From: Curvularia clavata
Taxonomy: Eukaryota
Reading direction: 5' to 3'
DNA length: 64,000 nucleotides
NCBI GenBank assembly: GCA_023920165.1
Contig: CP089281.1
Location: 1,736,001-1,800,000, forward strand
This document shows, one piece after another, positions 24,264-36,866 of this stretch. Below the pieces are notes generated by a model, which was not told the origin of the DNA, ran no database searches, and saw only the letters and a list, made by a program, of their open reading frames with translations. The stretch's first letter is position 1. The number at the start of each line of letters is the position of its first letter. Made by a program: the position numbers and the translations under genes.

Positions 24264-27098
24264 GATGATCGGTGTAAGGTTTATAAATGGTTAGAGTGTA
24301 CGATAGTAGTTCAACGGAAAAACTACAGAGAGGGAGAGAGAGATGGGCATGGGTGCGCTACAATTGTAGCCGGCTGAATGCCGTGAAGCGGGGAAGTTGG
24401 ATCAACCACACATCGGTCCCGGTAAGACCAAGCGGTCCAATCCAAAGAATGCGAACTCCTCAACGGTCAGCCGCTTATGTATGCATCATACATGATACCG
24501 GTAAGCAGCCGCAACGTTATCATGTCTGCTACTCATGATGTAACAATGGCCGTGCCGTCTTGGCATCGGAGACGACACTCTTTCGTCTTTGTCCGTCTTA
24601 CTCTCGCGTAAGTAAGGGCAAAGGACTAAGCAGCCAGGGCTTACACTCGACTCGGATCTATAGGAAGCGAAGGATAAAAAAAGAGGCAAGGGAATGCAGA
24701 CGGAAATTAGTCTACCTAGACTACGGAGTCTCGGACCTGGAGATGAATTTATCGGCAGCGGACATGCACTGCATTGATGCAAAGTATACGCTGTAGTTAG
24801 TTAGCTCGCTTACAAGCTTGATGGTGTATTGAAGACGTGGCACGCCGCGTTGCAGGCCAGAAATAAGTCGTCTGCATATGATGAAGCGCGGGATGTACCC
24901 TGCAACACAGCCCCCCAAGACCAATGCAGATACATAGGAGTACAGGACGCCTCCACCGGTGGAACATGGTGTGTGGCAGCCATAATTAGCTTTTTCCAAG
25001 TTTTGGTTCGCTGCAGATAGGATGATACGACGCGTCGCGCAAGCCTCGCCTTGTTGGGAATCCACGCGAACCAAACATAAATCAATACCCGAGGCATGAA
25101 CCTGAGGCACGCCGCTCTCTCCGCTTTGGGTATGCCTATGGGTGGAGTTATCGCTTAGCCCAGCACGTAATGTCCGAATTAAACGGAGAGAGGGTGGGGA
25201 TGGGATGAGGCTGAGCGAACAGGAGAGCGCGAATCATGGGGCCAGCTGTGGCGAGCCTGTTTCAGGGTTCAAAATGAACGGGCGGTGGCGGGCAAAAGGG
25301 AGGAGACAGAAGACGGAGAAGGGAGGCCGCGTTACCGCATTGGACGACTCGCATGAACATGCCGTTCAGGAGATGCGGTTTGATCGACAGGGTCCCCACA
25401 GACTGCATTGAGCGTGGGAGGTGTGGGAGAGATATTGATCCACGAATACCTGAGTGTGCGAAACAGATGGCGCAACTGATGTGTAGAGATGATCGTGCTC
25501 CTTTCATGTTACAGTTTGAATCGTGCGGCCAGGTTCATCCCGCACTCAGGCAATGGGACGCGAAAAATTTGCACTTGGCCAGTTACATTTGTCCGTGGTT
25601 CATGTCATGGCAATGCCGACACTGAATGGCGGTGAATTTGCGGGATGGTACTGGGCAGAGTGACAATGTCCGCATCGGCGAAGCTTGTGAGATTGACGAA
25701 AAACCCTAGCCAGGTGTCGCCGAGATGGACGACGGACGGGACAGAAGCAGTACCGTGCTTAGGCCTTTTTCTCATTTGACACCCAGGTACCGTGCAAGTA
25801 GCTTGGCGTACGAACCTGGGGGATCACACCAACACGTCACATGGACGAAAATCATTACGGTGTAGCAATGCTCCGTGGGTGGTGAAATATTCTTCGACAT
25901 GGACGCAGCGGTGACAGTGTGGCAGAGAGCAAAATCTCAACAAAGAGCGCATCATATCTCGGCGACCCGTAACAGGCAATTGCGACTTTTCAAAACCACA
26001 AAACATTTTTGTTTTTTAGTGTACGTCTGTGTGCGCGTATGTCTTTCGTCTTCTTTTTTTCAATTTTTTTTCTTGAAGTAACGTGACAAGTCCCGGTAAC
26101 CCGGTTCCGGTCGATTAGACGAGGATGAAATCGTAACGGCGTCGATTTGAGACGATGGCAGGCTGGGGTGTACACACCGCTGGTGATAGACGTGGCAGTG
26201 AGTCAGAGAGACGTCGGCGCGGCTATGACCAAATGGCCGAGTAACGGGTTGAATGGAAGGAAGATTGGGCAGTTGTCTGAGCGCCGACTATGCGCTGCGA
26301 GTGTCTAGCGTATAGGACAACGAAGGCATCATCAGTCAGGGCTAAGGCAGGTCAAGCAGGGGACCCACGATCTGCATGCAAGAAGGTGAGATGTGGAATA
26401 CGGGCGTGAGTCAGAGCGATCTGCCAGGGATATTTGAGAGAAGCAAAAAATAAAAACATGTATGTACGTACTTTGTGCGTGCAGCGCGCCAAAGGAGTGC
26501 ATATGCATGGGATATATGCGGGAACACTTGCGTGCGAGGCGGCTGCACCCAAAGGCGAGTGCAGGCTTCGCACATGGCAGACACATGGGAAGGGCAGGAC
26601 GGGAGGATGCGTCCGACAATTGCGTAGCCAAAGCGCCTCGTCTTGGAGCGCTGCCTACTTCGAGGATGGATTGACGTCTGACGGCGCGCATATGTCCTGC
26701 TACGTTTGGACCCATGGGGGCCCTACAACGTCGTCTGTGGTGCAGCGAGGGGCATTAGCCAATCGCTTAGGTGCTGGCATCCGAGTGCCGCTTGCTTGCT
26801 CCAGCAATGCAAATAATGTGGGCCGAGATTGGGAGGGCGCATAGACGAGCACGAACGACGCCCTTTGTCAGAGAGAAAACCTGATTGATGTGCTAATCAA
26901 GGATTCTCGCAATGGACCGACTGGAGTCTCGTGTCGGGCAAAAGGCGATGAGGCGGGCAGGCGAGGCGGTGGCGTTCTGTGTTCCCCTCTCCCTCTCTCT
27001 GTGTGTGTGTGGCTAGGCCTGGTTGGCAGCGTGCGGCGTGGCTTTCCGAGGAGCATCAAACGCCGTCAGGGTGCTGTTCTCCGCCAATGCTAAAATAA

Positions 27099-27133
27099 CG
27101 TGCGTGGGTGCGTGCGTGGGTGCGTGCGTGCGT
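27099..27133. repeat. Short compound (GCGT/GGGT)n microsatellite
   Basis: cgtgcgtgggtgcgtgcgtgggtgcgtgcgtgcgt seen directly. Confidence 0.7.
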
Positions 27134-28610
27134 ACATAGTATGTGCGTGGGAGAGTGAGTGTCAGGATGAGAGGAATAGTGCGAGAACCGAAAGCGGGCT
27201 AGCGCCGCTGGTGCTGCAACCGCGGGACGCGCACGGCTAATTGGCCCCCATGGCGAGCGAGGGGACCGACAGTATAGGGAGGACCAGACAAGGACAGAGG
27301 GCGGCTACCGCAACACACTTCGGCACTTGATTCCACTTGGTCGTCTCGACGTGCAGACACATGGCTGGCAAGCTGGTGGAGTAAGTAGACATGTCTGCAT
27401 AGACAAGCGGTGAGGTGGTGCAACGCTCATAGCCCCATGGCCGCATCGTCGCTGAGTTAGCGGGGGGCTCGTACAGTGACGGAGCGTATGGCTGAGGACC
27501 TCATTGGTCTTGGTCTTTGTCGCTATACGCTGCCTCGTCGGAGACACGGCCGACGTGTTTGCGGGTTTCTGCAACGGGCTGGGGCGGGACAAGTGCCATG
27601 TATGAGTTTGAACCCATAACGGTCACGCGGAAGCTTTGGGTAGGGAGGGTGCGGGACAGGAACATGCAAAGGAGTGGGAGAGCAGCGTTGGACTAACCCG
27701 AGGAGCGCCGCGTATTGGCTGGCTATGCGACGTGTAACCACGACGTCACAAACGGCCCACGTGTAGTCATGCTGATGCGTTGCCGGAGTCCATGTGTGTA
27801 TGCCTAACGTCGGCTGGCCATGGCCGGCCCATCCATTGTTATGATTCAAGTGGTTGCACAGCATCTAAGGCAATAGTAGACCAAGATATAGTGAGTAATG
27901 TGATCTTAGATCAGGTTATTAATGCTATTGAAAATCAAGTAATTGGGTATTGGTTCCAGGCTACCGTGGTGCCGTCTATAGACAATAAAACTCCAAGATG
28001 AGAGCGAGTGATGCATTAAGCACACAGCCAAGTATACCCAAGCGCCAACTAATGCATGGAAAAAATATCAAGTCGCTCAGTATTACAACGATTGTGGTGC
28101 GTGTGCCAAATAAGTCTAGAAAAACATGCGTCTATCAGAGAAGGTTCATTTCCGTCCACCCGAGCCAGCGTAGTGTGTTGGATGCGAGAGCGTAAACAAA
28201 GTTGGAGGCGGAAAAAGCCCCAAGACTGCCCCGCGCCTAATAAGGTGCAAGGTGGTCCTGGCCAAAACGCCACGCGTGGGCTTTGAGCGAAAAGACCAGT
28301 TGTAGACGTTTGGTATCCGAGGTGGTTGATGATGATGAGAATGCGTGAGAATTGCGTTTAACCGGATATCGCGTCAAGTGTCAGGTGAGTGACAGGGGTG
28401 TGTTTCCAAATCCAATGCACCGAGAGCGTCGAGAGAGATAGTCGAACGGTACCAGGTGGTGCACACATGGCTTGTAAGACAGCCATGGGTGCAGGTCGGA
28501 TCGGAGCAGGTAGTCGTGTTACAGCATGTGTCTGGTCGAGGAGGCAGAGGTGGCTGCTCAGTCCAAGAGCGGACGAAACATGCGTCAGAGAAGCATGGCG
28601 GGCATGGCGT

Positions 28611-28715
28611 TCAGTTGCCCTTGGTAGGGACAGCGGGCAGAGGGCGGGTTGGTGGTGGGCCCGGGCATGGTGGAAGGTTCTGGGGAGCCATGATGTCGTT
28701 GCAGAGAGCGGCCAT
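28611..28715 (-). CDS. Putative 34-aa proline-rich microprotein MAALCNDIMAPQNLPPCPGPPPTRPLPAVPTKGN
   Basis: Good start context (GCA ATG G), C/A-rich 5' leader, TATA-like element ~160 nt upstream, UTR-like downstream tract. Too short for the ORF track. Confidence 0.6.
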   Translation of the reverse strand: MAALCNDIMAPQNLPPCPGPPPTRPLPAVPTKGN

Positions 28716-28873
28716 TGCAATGGTGGGTGGGTGTGGTGGTTGCTAGTGCGAGTGGTTGTTTGGTAGTTGGAGGGAGTAGCCGAAGCGGATAGCCTTTGGA
28801 GTGGTAGAGGAGTGGAAGCGAGTTTGGGTCGTCGAGTGTGGTAGGCTTGGAGGGCTAGCAGAGAGACAGAGAG

Positions 28874-28881
28874 ATATATAA
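28874..28881 (-). promoter_or_regulatory. TATA box for the microprotein gene
   Basis: TTATATAT on the minus strand, followed by a CT-rich tract (CTCTCTGTCTCTC) typical of fungal transcription starts. Confidence 0.5.
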
Positions 28882-29395
28882 CTCTTGTGGTTGGCGCTGG
28901 ATGATGAAACGAGCGTCGTGACAGTGGGGGCACAAAGTATTTATGCTTGTGCTCAGATTGCGAGGCCTAAAATGTCGGTCAGCTCTGTGCTTTGGCGATG
29001 TGTGTAATGATGCTAGGCAGGCATGTGCACGGGCCAGGCCGTGAAGGAGGCGTTGGGCTGATGAGCAGGAAAGGGGTGGCTCCTGGCGTGTGCATGAGCT
29101 AACCCAGGCCGAAACATTGCCTAAGCCGGTCTCTTAATGAGCAGGGGTGCGAGCAAACACGAACCCATGCGTTACCGCTTTGTCGTTTCATCAGCCTTGT
29201 GACTGTGTGATTCTGCCAAGTGGCCAATCCCGTCGCACCTCTGTCGCCGGTGTGGGATCCCGCTCGTACAGCACATCAGGCCGCTGCCTTGCCTATTGTC
29301 TGACATCACCATCATCACCTTGTTCCCTGCTGCTCACACTGCCCGCCTGCTAGTGCGAACCGTCATGGCAATTGAAACGTAGCACCTCTCCTATT

Positions 29396-29490
29396 CTGCC
29401 CTGCCCGGCCCTGCCCTGCCCTGCCCTGCCCTGCCCTGCCCTGCCCTGCCCTGCCCTGCCCTGCCCTGCCCTGCCCTGCCCTGCCCTGCC
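29396..29490. repeat. Pentanucleotide microsatellite (CTGCC)19, one variant unit CGGCC
   Basis: Counted directly; the reverse strand reads (GGGCA)n. Confidence 0.97.
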
Positions 29491-32035
29491 TGGGGTCCGC
29501 TGCCGGCTGTGGTTGCTCGTCGTCCTGTCTACGAAACCTTACAACTGGCCAGCCAACGCCAGCCAGCCCTTCTCTGCTCGTAGCCGTGCGTGTCAGAAGC
29601 TCCCACTCTGACACAAGCTGCAGACCCGGCTTTTTGCCCGCTCAATTTGCGACGTCGCCTGTCGCCCCAACGCGCATCCTGCCTAGCGGCCCATGCCCAC
29701 CTTCTCCCGTGCTTCTCCCACGCTTCGATCCAATTTCCTCGCCCCTAGAATTTTCCGCTCCACTGCGGGACACCAGCTGGCGGTGAGATGAGGCATGACT
29801 TTTTTCCGTCGCGCGCCCCTCTGATTCAGCGCTGCGAGGTCGACACGCCGGGGTAATCATGTTTGTCACGCTCAAATATGCTCGTAGTGCGCCTAGTATA
29901 CCCCCGCCAGGCTGAAAATCCGCCAGGGCGTGGTCCACTGCCACGTTAGCCCACGTTAGGCCATGTCAGGCTTATTTTTGTCTTTGTGGCCCATCGGCTC
30001 TGCACGACTCGTAATGCTGCTGCTGCCATGCAGCCTGACAAAGCGCCTCGATATCGCTGTTCGGCTGGTCCGGATGCATACTACGCTGCAGCAGCTTGCA
30101 GCCACACTCGTCGGCCATTCGGCTGCCGCGGAGCCTCTCGTACTCTCTCTCGTCTTTTCTTTCTGGCGGAGACATGGCACATTCCACGTGGTCCGACAGG
30201 GTTGCTGCCTGTGTGACCTTAATGGCCCTGTTTGATTTACATTCGCTGCCACTTTCTCCTTCCCCTTCACTCTCCCACCCCTGCGCCCTCACTATCTACC
30301 ATTGCCGGTATGCCGTGTGGCTGACATACTCTGCAGATGGCCCAAATCAAAGGCTGTGACCATGTGAACCGTTCGCCCTGTCAGGCCAACTGCACCCTGG
30401 ACGTGTTTGACACCGATAGTAGTATTATTGTGCCCAAAAAAACCTCGCCGTAGTGCTGGCCACCAAGCGAGCAGATCTACAGGGGCAGAGGCGTGGCCCA
30501 AGCGCACGACCGGCCAAAGCAAAAAAGCAAACAGATAGCCATGACACCATCGCCACCCCTTCTCTGCTCGGCAGTTGACGACGACGCCGATTGCTGAACC
30601 AAAAAATTTCCTCCCGTTTCAGACCAGTGGAGAAAAAAAATCTACGACGCTGTTACAAGTCGCCTGCAGGAGCGTTGTCTCCGTAGCATGACCATGGTTC
30701 GAGCAAAAAAGACGTTTGTGACTGTCTCACCCACACCCCCTCTGGCTGGTCCCGACGACTCGGACAGCGCGGAGAGGCGAAGAGCCGCCGAGCGTCACCA
30801 AATCGCCCGCCAGGGGGCTGCCGTCAGCCTGTTCGCTGCAATCCTGTCCTACCACCTGTGGCGTATATGCCCCCATGGCTGCGTGCCTGGCACCCTTTGT
30901 CCCCTCTGATCGCACTCACGTAACCCAATAAGCCACCCAGTGTGATATACCCATAACATTCGTCATATTCCCGGCCGATCGCCATGCAAGATGCATCGAT
31001 ATAGCACTGCAAACCGGCTCTGAACTCTATCCACCGGCCACGCGTACCTGCCAGCTCCCCAGCTCGTCTGCACACGCCCAAATTGCATTGCGCCCTGCAT
31101 CAAGCTGATCATGTCCACTGATTGCTACCATCGCGCCCCGAGGACTCCTCACCCTGACATGGCAATCACATCATCAGCCCTCCTGTATGGTCAGCCTCCT
31201 CATTCTGCCCACACTGCTGCAGGTACGCGCTCCGCTTCTCCGCGCAGCCACGCTTTGTGGCTTGCGCTGCCTCGTCTCCTGAAACGGAACCTCGAGCGCC
31301 ACCAAGCCTGGATCCGGCGAGCCCGAAGCGCCATTATACCCGCTTCTGCGTATTGCTACCAACAAACTCCAGACTCTACAAGTCGCAAGCCAAAGCAGAC
31401 AGGGCTGGTTCCAGACCAGCAACGGGGTGGCCCATGCCAAGGTCCCGTACGGTTCCTATGGCTTCAATGTCGGTCGGCACAACTAGACCTCTGTGCGTGC
31501 CATCTAGAGCCTTTGGTAGTGACATCTAGTGCTCCCGGACTACCTCAATCAGCCATGTACTACGCACATAGTACACACACCGTATGCACCTCTCAACACC
31601 ACTGCCCTTCGCGTTCATGACTCCGCCGGCACCGCGTCGCACGTACATTGTTCCCAATCAAACTTCGTACATGGACACTACCGATCCACGACATACAGGG
31701 TGGGTTGCACACATGCACAGTCATGCGATGCGGGTGTAGCTCGCGCAATACCTGTGGCGCACATTGTCCAGTCTGGGAAAACGTTCGTTCATTGCCTTGC
31801 GCCGCCCCCAATGCGCATGGGCATCGCCATGATCTGTGCCTTTGTCCGCTGGAATGGTAACACAGTGCGCCCACGTGGAATGCCAACATGACATGAAGCC
31901 ACTGCCATTGCTATTCGCTGTGCCGGGTCACACTCTCTCTGTTTTGGGAAAACCGTCTCGTATCGCTCCCGTATCCACACCAGCATATCGGTGTCGGGCA
32001 CCCACCACGTCGCGTGCTGGTGGTCAGTCTACTAT

Positions 32036-32991
32036 CTAGGCGGCGTCCTCGTCGTCGTCCTGCGCGTCCGCTACAGCTTGCGTCGAGACCCAGTTTTCCA
32101 GCATGGCCTGGCTAGATGCTGCACCGCTAGCTGAAGCAGTATTTCTCACCCCGCGGCGCTTCACCACCAGACAGAGAATACGCCCGTAGATGCTGAAACC
32201 CTCATACGACGTCCTCAGGCCAAGCTTCTTCTGATCGTCACCCCGCGGCCCCTCATCATCCCTGTCCTGTCCTTTGTTCTTGTTGCTTCGTGTCCTGGTA
32301 CTTGGCTCAGGAACAAACAGATCTGACTTCTCGCTTTCGCTCTCGCTAACCTCGCTGCAAGCGTCAGCTTCATTGGGCACCAGTCCGGGGCTTGTTATGA
32401 GCTGAATACCTGTCTTCGTTGTTCGTAGTCTTAGCCTCGGGGATGTCGGAAAGGTTAACGCGATCGTCGTCCTCTTCCTCTCGAATTGCTATTGGCTCTG
32501 CTGCATCTTCATGGATTACAACCGGTTCATCGCTAGTGCCGGTCGTCAGCCAGCTGGTGAGTTTCCCCGAGTTACTCTGAATGCGGGCCTTGTCCTTGAA
32601 GATCTTCTGCTTGGTAAGGACAGAGTGCCTAGAAGAAAGTTCCGTCAAGAATATTGAAACCTCAAAGTCATCTGGGGCAGGTTAGTCGATCGATGCCAAC
32701 TGCTGCTACTCTTGCTGGGTTTCGGCCACGGCGGCCTTGCAGCCTACCTTGAACCACCACATCCTTCACTCCCTTCTTTTTCGCTTTGGCACCACCGCGT
32801 CCCTTGCCTCTTTCGTTCTCCTCTCGTAGCTTTGGCAACACCAGTGGCCGTATCGCTTCAATGACGCGTGGTAAGGCCGGATCACCGCGCTTCAAAAGCC
32901 ATGCTTCAGCATCGGCCGGCCGATCTAGGTAGATGCGGACTTCGAGAACCGAATGTTTCGTGATGCGGAGGTATCTTCGAAGCGGAGCCAT
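32036..32991 (-). CDS. Fungal hypothetical protein, 2 introns
   Basis: MAPLRRYLRITKHSVLEVRIYLD...KKLGLRTSYEGFSIYGRILCLVVKRR; GT-AG introns with branch sites join three ORF pieces. Confidence 0.8.
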
Positions 32992-33209
32992 TGTGCATGT
33001 GCAAATCACAATGTCAGGTTCCCACTTGTTGGTAGTGTATGTAGAATAGAACTCAAATGTAGCCAAAAAGTAGGACAATCGACGATGATGCGTGTTCACG
33101 TGCGAGCGTTCCGACGCTAGTTCCGATCGGCATGCGCAGAAGTTCGTTGCCAAAGGCCCGCTCCGAGCCTCGACGAGCACACGACGTACATCGCAACGCA
33201 GCCTAAGTA

Positions 33210-34644
33210 ATGGTGCTAGAACTCCACGTATGGGGTCCAGCGTTTGGCCTCGCCTCGATTGAGCCCGAATGCATAGCCACAATAGCCTACTGCCAGCGCG
33301 TCATACCCAAGGGACAATGGTCGCTGGTCGCAGCGCATAACCCAACAGTCGGAACGACAGGTACTGGCGTCTTTCATTCCCCAAGTGGAGTATATCGATT
33401 AATACGTATCAGAAACCCTACCGATTCTCTTTGACGATGGTGTTGCCACCGCATCCGGGTTTGAAGACATTGTTGCGTATCTTCGCAACTACCCCACAGT
33501 CACCAACGACATAGATGCTGGTCTCTCAAGCTCTCAACAGACTGACCGGACTGCGTAAGTTAGCCACACACTGAGATCAAGAATCCTTCTCACGCGACTC
33601 AGCTTCAGCACCTTTCTCCAATCTACAGCAACACCATTGGTTGACCTCTCCCTCTACGTTTCCGCCGAGAATTACAATAAAACTACCTCGTCTGCATACA
33701 CGGAAATCCTGCCATGGTACACAAATTATACGGTCCCACCGAAACGACGAGACCTGGCTAGGAAGAGGACTGCACATATGGGCCTGGCTAGTCTGGATGT
33801 CGACACAACTGATGAAGAAGGCTTTGCGCCAGGCCGAGGGACTCCATCCTCGGAATATGAAGCTGCCAAACAAGCAGCTGGAATACCTACCGAGAACCAG
33901 CCCAGGTCGTTGAACATAGGACGAGGTAGGGGTCTTGGTGGCCTCTTGGGTGGTCAGGTGTATGCTGGCCGTTTCAGACTCGATGCTCTTTCGGCCCAAC
34001 TCCTGGACCCGTTGTCGGATCTACTTGGAAAGCACAAGTACCTGTTTCGTGGAGACCATCCCTCCAGTTTGGACTGTCTGGCCTTCGGGTACTTGTCCCT
34101 TCTCGTCTACCCCCCGGTACCTCAAGCATGGCTCAGGGAAACCATTCGGTCCAAGTACCCACGCATTGGGGCGTACATACACAGACTACACAGAGTTCTC
34201 TTCCAAGAGGAGGATATCCGCCCGGTCGACGTCTGGGCTGTCTCGACCGGTAAATCAGACGCTGTAGCAGGCACCACGCTACCCTGGACGGCAGCACCGG
34301 CAAGTTTTGGAGCCAGTGCCCTGTCTTGCACAAAGGAATTGCTGGGAAATCTTCCCGGCATTGCTACTCTAGTGCAACGGCGTACCATTGTCACCTCCGA
34401 GCCAATGATAGTTTCCAAGCGTGCCCGATCAGAGCTACCATCTCCATTGTTTCTAAACACCTTGTTTGGTGTTGCTACAGTAGCTGCAGTAGGACTTGCG
34501 TCATTAGCCATACATCATCGGCGGTCGCCTCGGGAGGGCGAGTTGATTTTCTGGGCACTACGCCCAACCAGCGGCTTAGGAGAAGCTGGGAACATTCTTA
34601 GTGTCTTCGCTAACAACTTGCACGACGGAGTGGGAGCCTTTTGA
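33210..34644 (+). CDS. SAM37: Mitochondrial SAM complex metaxin-like subunit (Sam37/Tom37), 2 introns
   Basis: MVLELHVWGPAFGLASIEPECIA metaxin N-terminus; GST-C-like PSSLDCLAFGYL; C-terminal hydrophobic segment. Confidence 0.85.
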
Positions 34645-35418
34645 GCGCTCCGAGATGACGCCGTCCATAGGACGACTTGACGAACAATCTGATACCCTAT
34701 TCCAAGTCCTATTCATGTTGGCTGTGGCTGTGTGAAACTATACATGTACCGAATGACAAATGATTCTACTCGGCCTGCTACAAAAAATTGTGTATCTCTG
34801 TGATTGGTGTGCAGCCCCTGGCTAAACCGATTGAGTTGCACTCGGTATTGGCTACTTGTTGATAGCGTGGTGACGGCGCCGCCCATGCGTGCCGACCAGA
34901 GGCACACAACGTCATAGCAGCCGTCAAGGAAATCTATGGCCACTGGCGCCCATGACATCCGGGTCCAGCCCGGACTATAGCACTTAGAAGCAGGGCAGAC
35001 GTTACATGGCAGTACATGACGAGTCTTGCATATGTGTATACGACTCTGAACAATGGCAATGATAATAACAAAAGGATATGATTAAGCAGCAGCAGCAGCA
35101 GCTCGGCTATGCAGGTAAACATCTGCTGCTAGTCAGGGGGTATGGGATCCCATGTTGTACATAATGTGGAGGATGTGCAATGATGCGAGGGTAGGGCAGG
35201 GTAGCGGACGCGCCCGAGAAACCATGGATGTGGGATCGCCGCTGCAAGTCGGGGCGCAGGGAGCAATACGTCATACATACTTGTCCAACAAAACCGCGGC
35301 CTCTGCGCGACCCCATCTGGCTCTCTCCACAGCAACATCCACAATCGCAAACTCCCCCTGCCTTTTACCAAACACCTAATCCTTCAGCTGAATCCACAAA
35401 CGATCCCCAGACGACAAG

Positions 35419-36866
35419 ATGCACCGAACATACAGCATGCGCCAATCCCGCGCGCCCACGGCGTCGCAGATTCAGAGCCCTCCCCCTCCGGCGTCCTCGA
35501 CTAAGAGTGGGCGCTTCTTTGGCAAGTCCAACATTGGTAAGTTGTCTGGGAAACGCATCTCCACAACCGCCTCTTTGTCTTTTTCACAATCTGCTGCCAT
35601 ACACGCGCTACGAGAACTGCGCTCAGCAGCGTCGTCAAGTTATCCAGGCGAGTCATGGCTGTACCTGGGAACAGCAAGTTGCCATGAAACCTATGGCTCG
35701 CCGGATCACATTCTCTATGCTTCTTCTACAAAATAGAGCGACATGATAGCTAATTGCCGCGATCGCGTTCAGGCCACACCTTCCGCCACAAGTCCGCTGG
35801 CGCCTTCGGTCCCGATCTTGCAAAGAAGCTCTCACAACTCGTCAAGATGGAAAAGAACGTCATGCGCAGCATGGAATTGGTTTCCAGGGAGCGTATGGAG
35901 GTCGCAGTAAGTCTGCTTAGCGCCGTGTGTGCGACTCGACATAATGCTTACTTTGTTAGCAACAACTCTCCATCTGGGGCGAGGCCTGTGACGATGACGT
36001 CTCTGATGTTACCGACAAGCTTGGTGTCCTCATCTATGAGATTGGCGAGCTCGAGGACCAGTTTGTAGACCGCTATGACCAGTACCGCGTCACGATCAAG
36101 AGCATTCGCAACATTGAGGCCTCCGTCCAGCCTAGCCGTGACCGTAAGTTGCGCATACTATCTTAGTTGCGAGCGAAGCTGACAATCACATAGGCAAACA
36201 GAAGATCACAGACCAGATTGCTCAATTGAAGTACAAGGAGCCCAACTCCCCCAAGATTGTTGTCCTGGAGCAAGAGCTTGTCCGCGCCGAGGCCGAGTCC
36301 CTGGTCGCCGAAGCCCAGCTTTCCAACATCACCCGTGAGAAGCTCAAGGCTGCTTTTACTTATCAATTCGATGCCATGCGCGAACATTGCGAGAAGCTTG
36401 CTATCATTGCTGGCTACGGCAAGCATCTTCTTGAGTTGGTCGATGACACCCCGGTGACTCCTGGCGAGACTCGCCAGGCTTACGATGGCTACGAGGCTAG
36501 CAAGGCGTACGTCACACATCTCTTTCAATCCAATAGCTCTTGCTAACGTCTTACAGTATCATCCAAGACTGCGAGGATGCTCTTACCAACTGGGTTTCCC
36601 AGAACGCCTCTGTCTCTGCCAAGCTCTCCCAGCGATCGCGCACCCTTTCTCAACGCCGCCGCAACCAGAGCCGTAGCCACGGTGAGGGTGTCGACCTCTC
36701 TGGCCAAGACCAGGCCCTGGACCGGGAGTCTGGTCTGTGGATCCCTGCCTCTGAGCACCAGAATAACGGCTACGAGGACCGTGACGAGCTTGAGGATGAA
36801 AACACATCCACCATTGCCAGCGAGCACCAGCGTGGCCGAGAGGAGGAGAGGATGGTGGCTGCTTAG
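35419..36866 (+). CDS. Eisosome BAR protein of the Pil1/Lsp1 family (PilB-like), 4 introns (first is long, 35537-35772)
   Basis: MHRTYSMR, KLSQLVKMEKN, LEQELVRAEAESLVAEAQLSNITR and ELVDDTPVTPGETR. Confidence 0.93.

Noticed and set aside
29363..29614. ORFs with PALPC / GRAGQ peptide repeats
   Set aside because: These are translations of the (CTGCC)n microsatellite, not a repeat-peptide precursor; no signal peptide or Kex2 sites.
24264..32035. Possible telomerase RNA, 5S rRNA or tRNA in the long non-coding region
   Set aside because: I saw no TAACCCTAA-type template, 5S signature or cloverleaf by eye; an Infernal scan is still advisable.
28716..32035. Several PacC-type GCCARG sites upstream of the microprotein
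   Set aside because: The count is not clearly above chance for GC-rich DNA.
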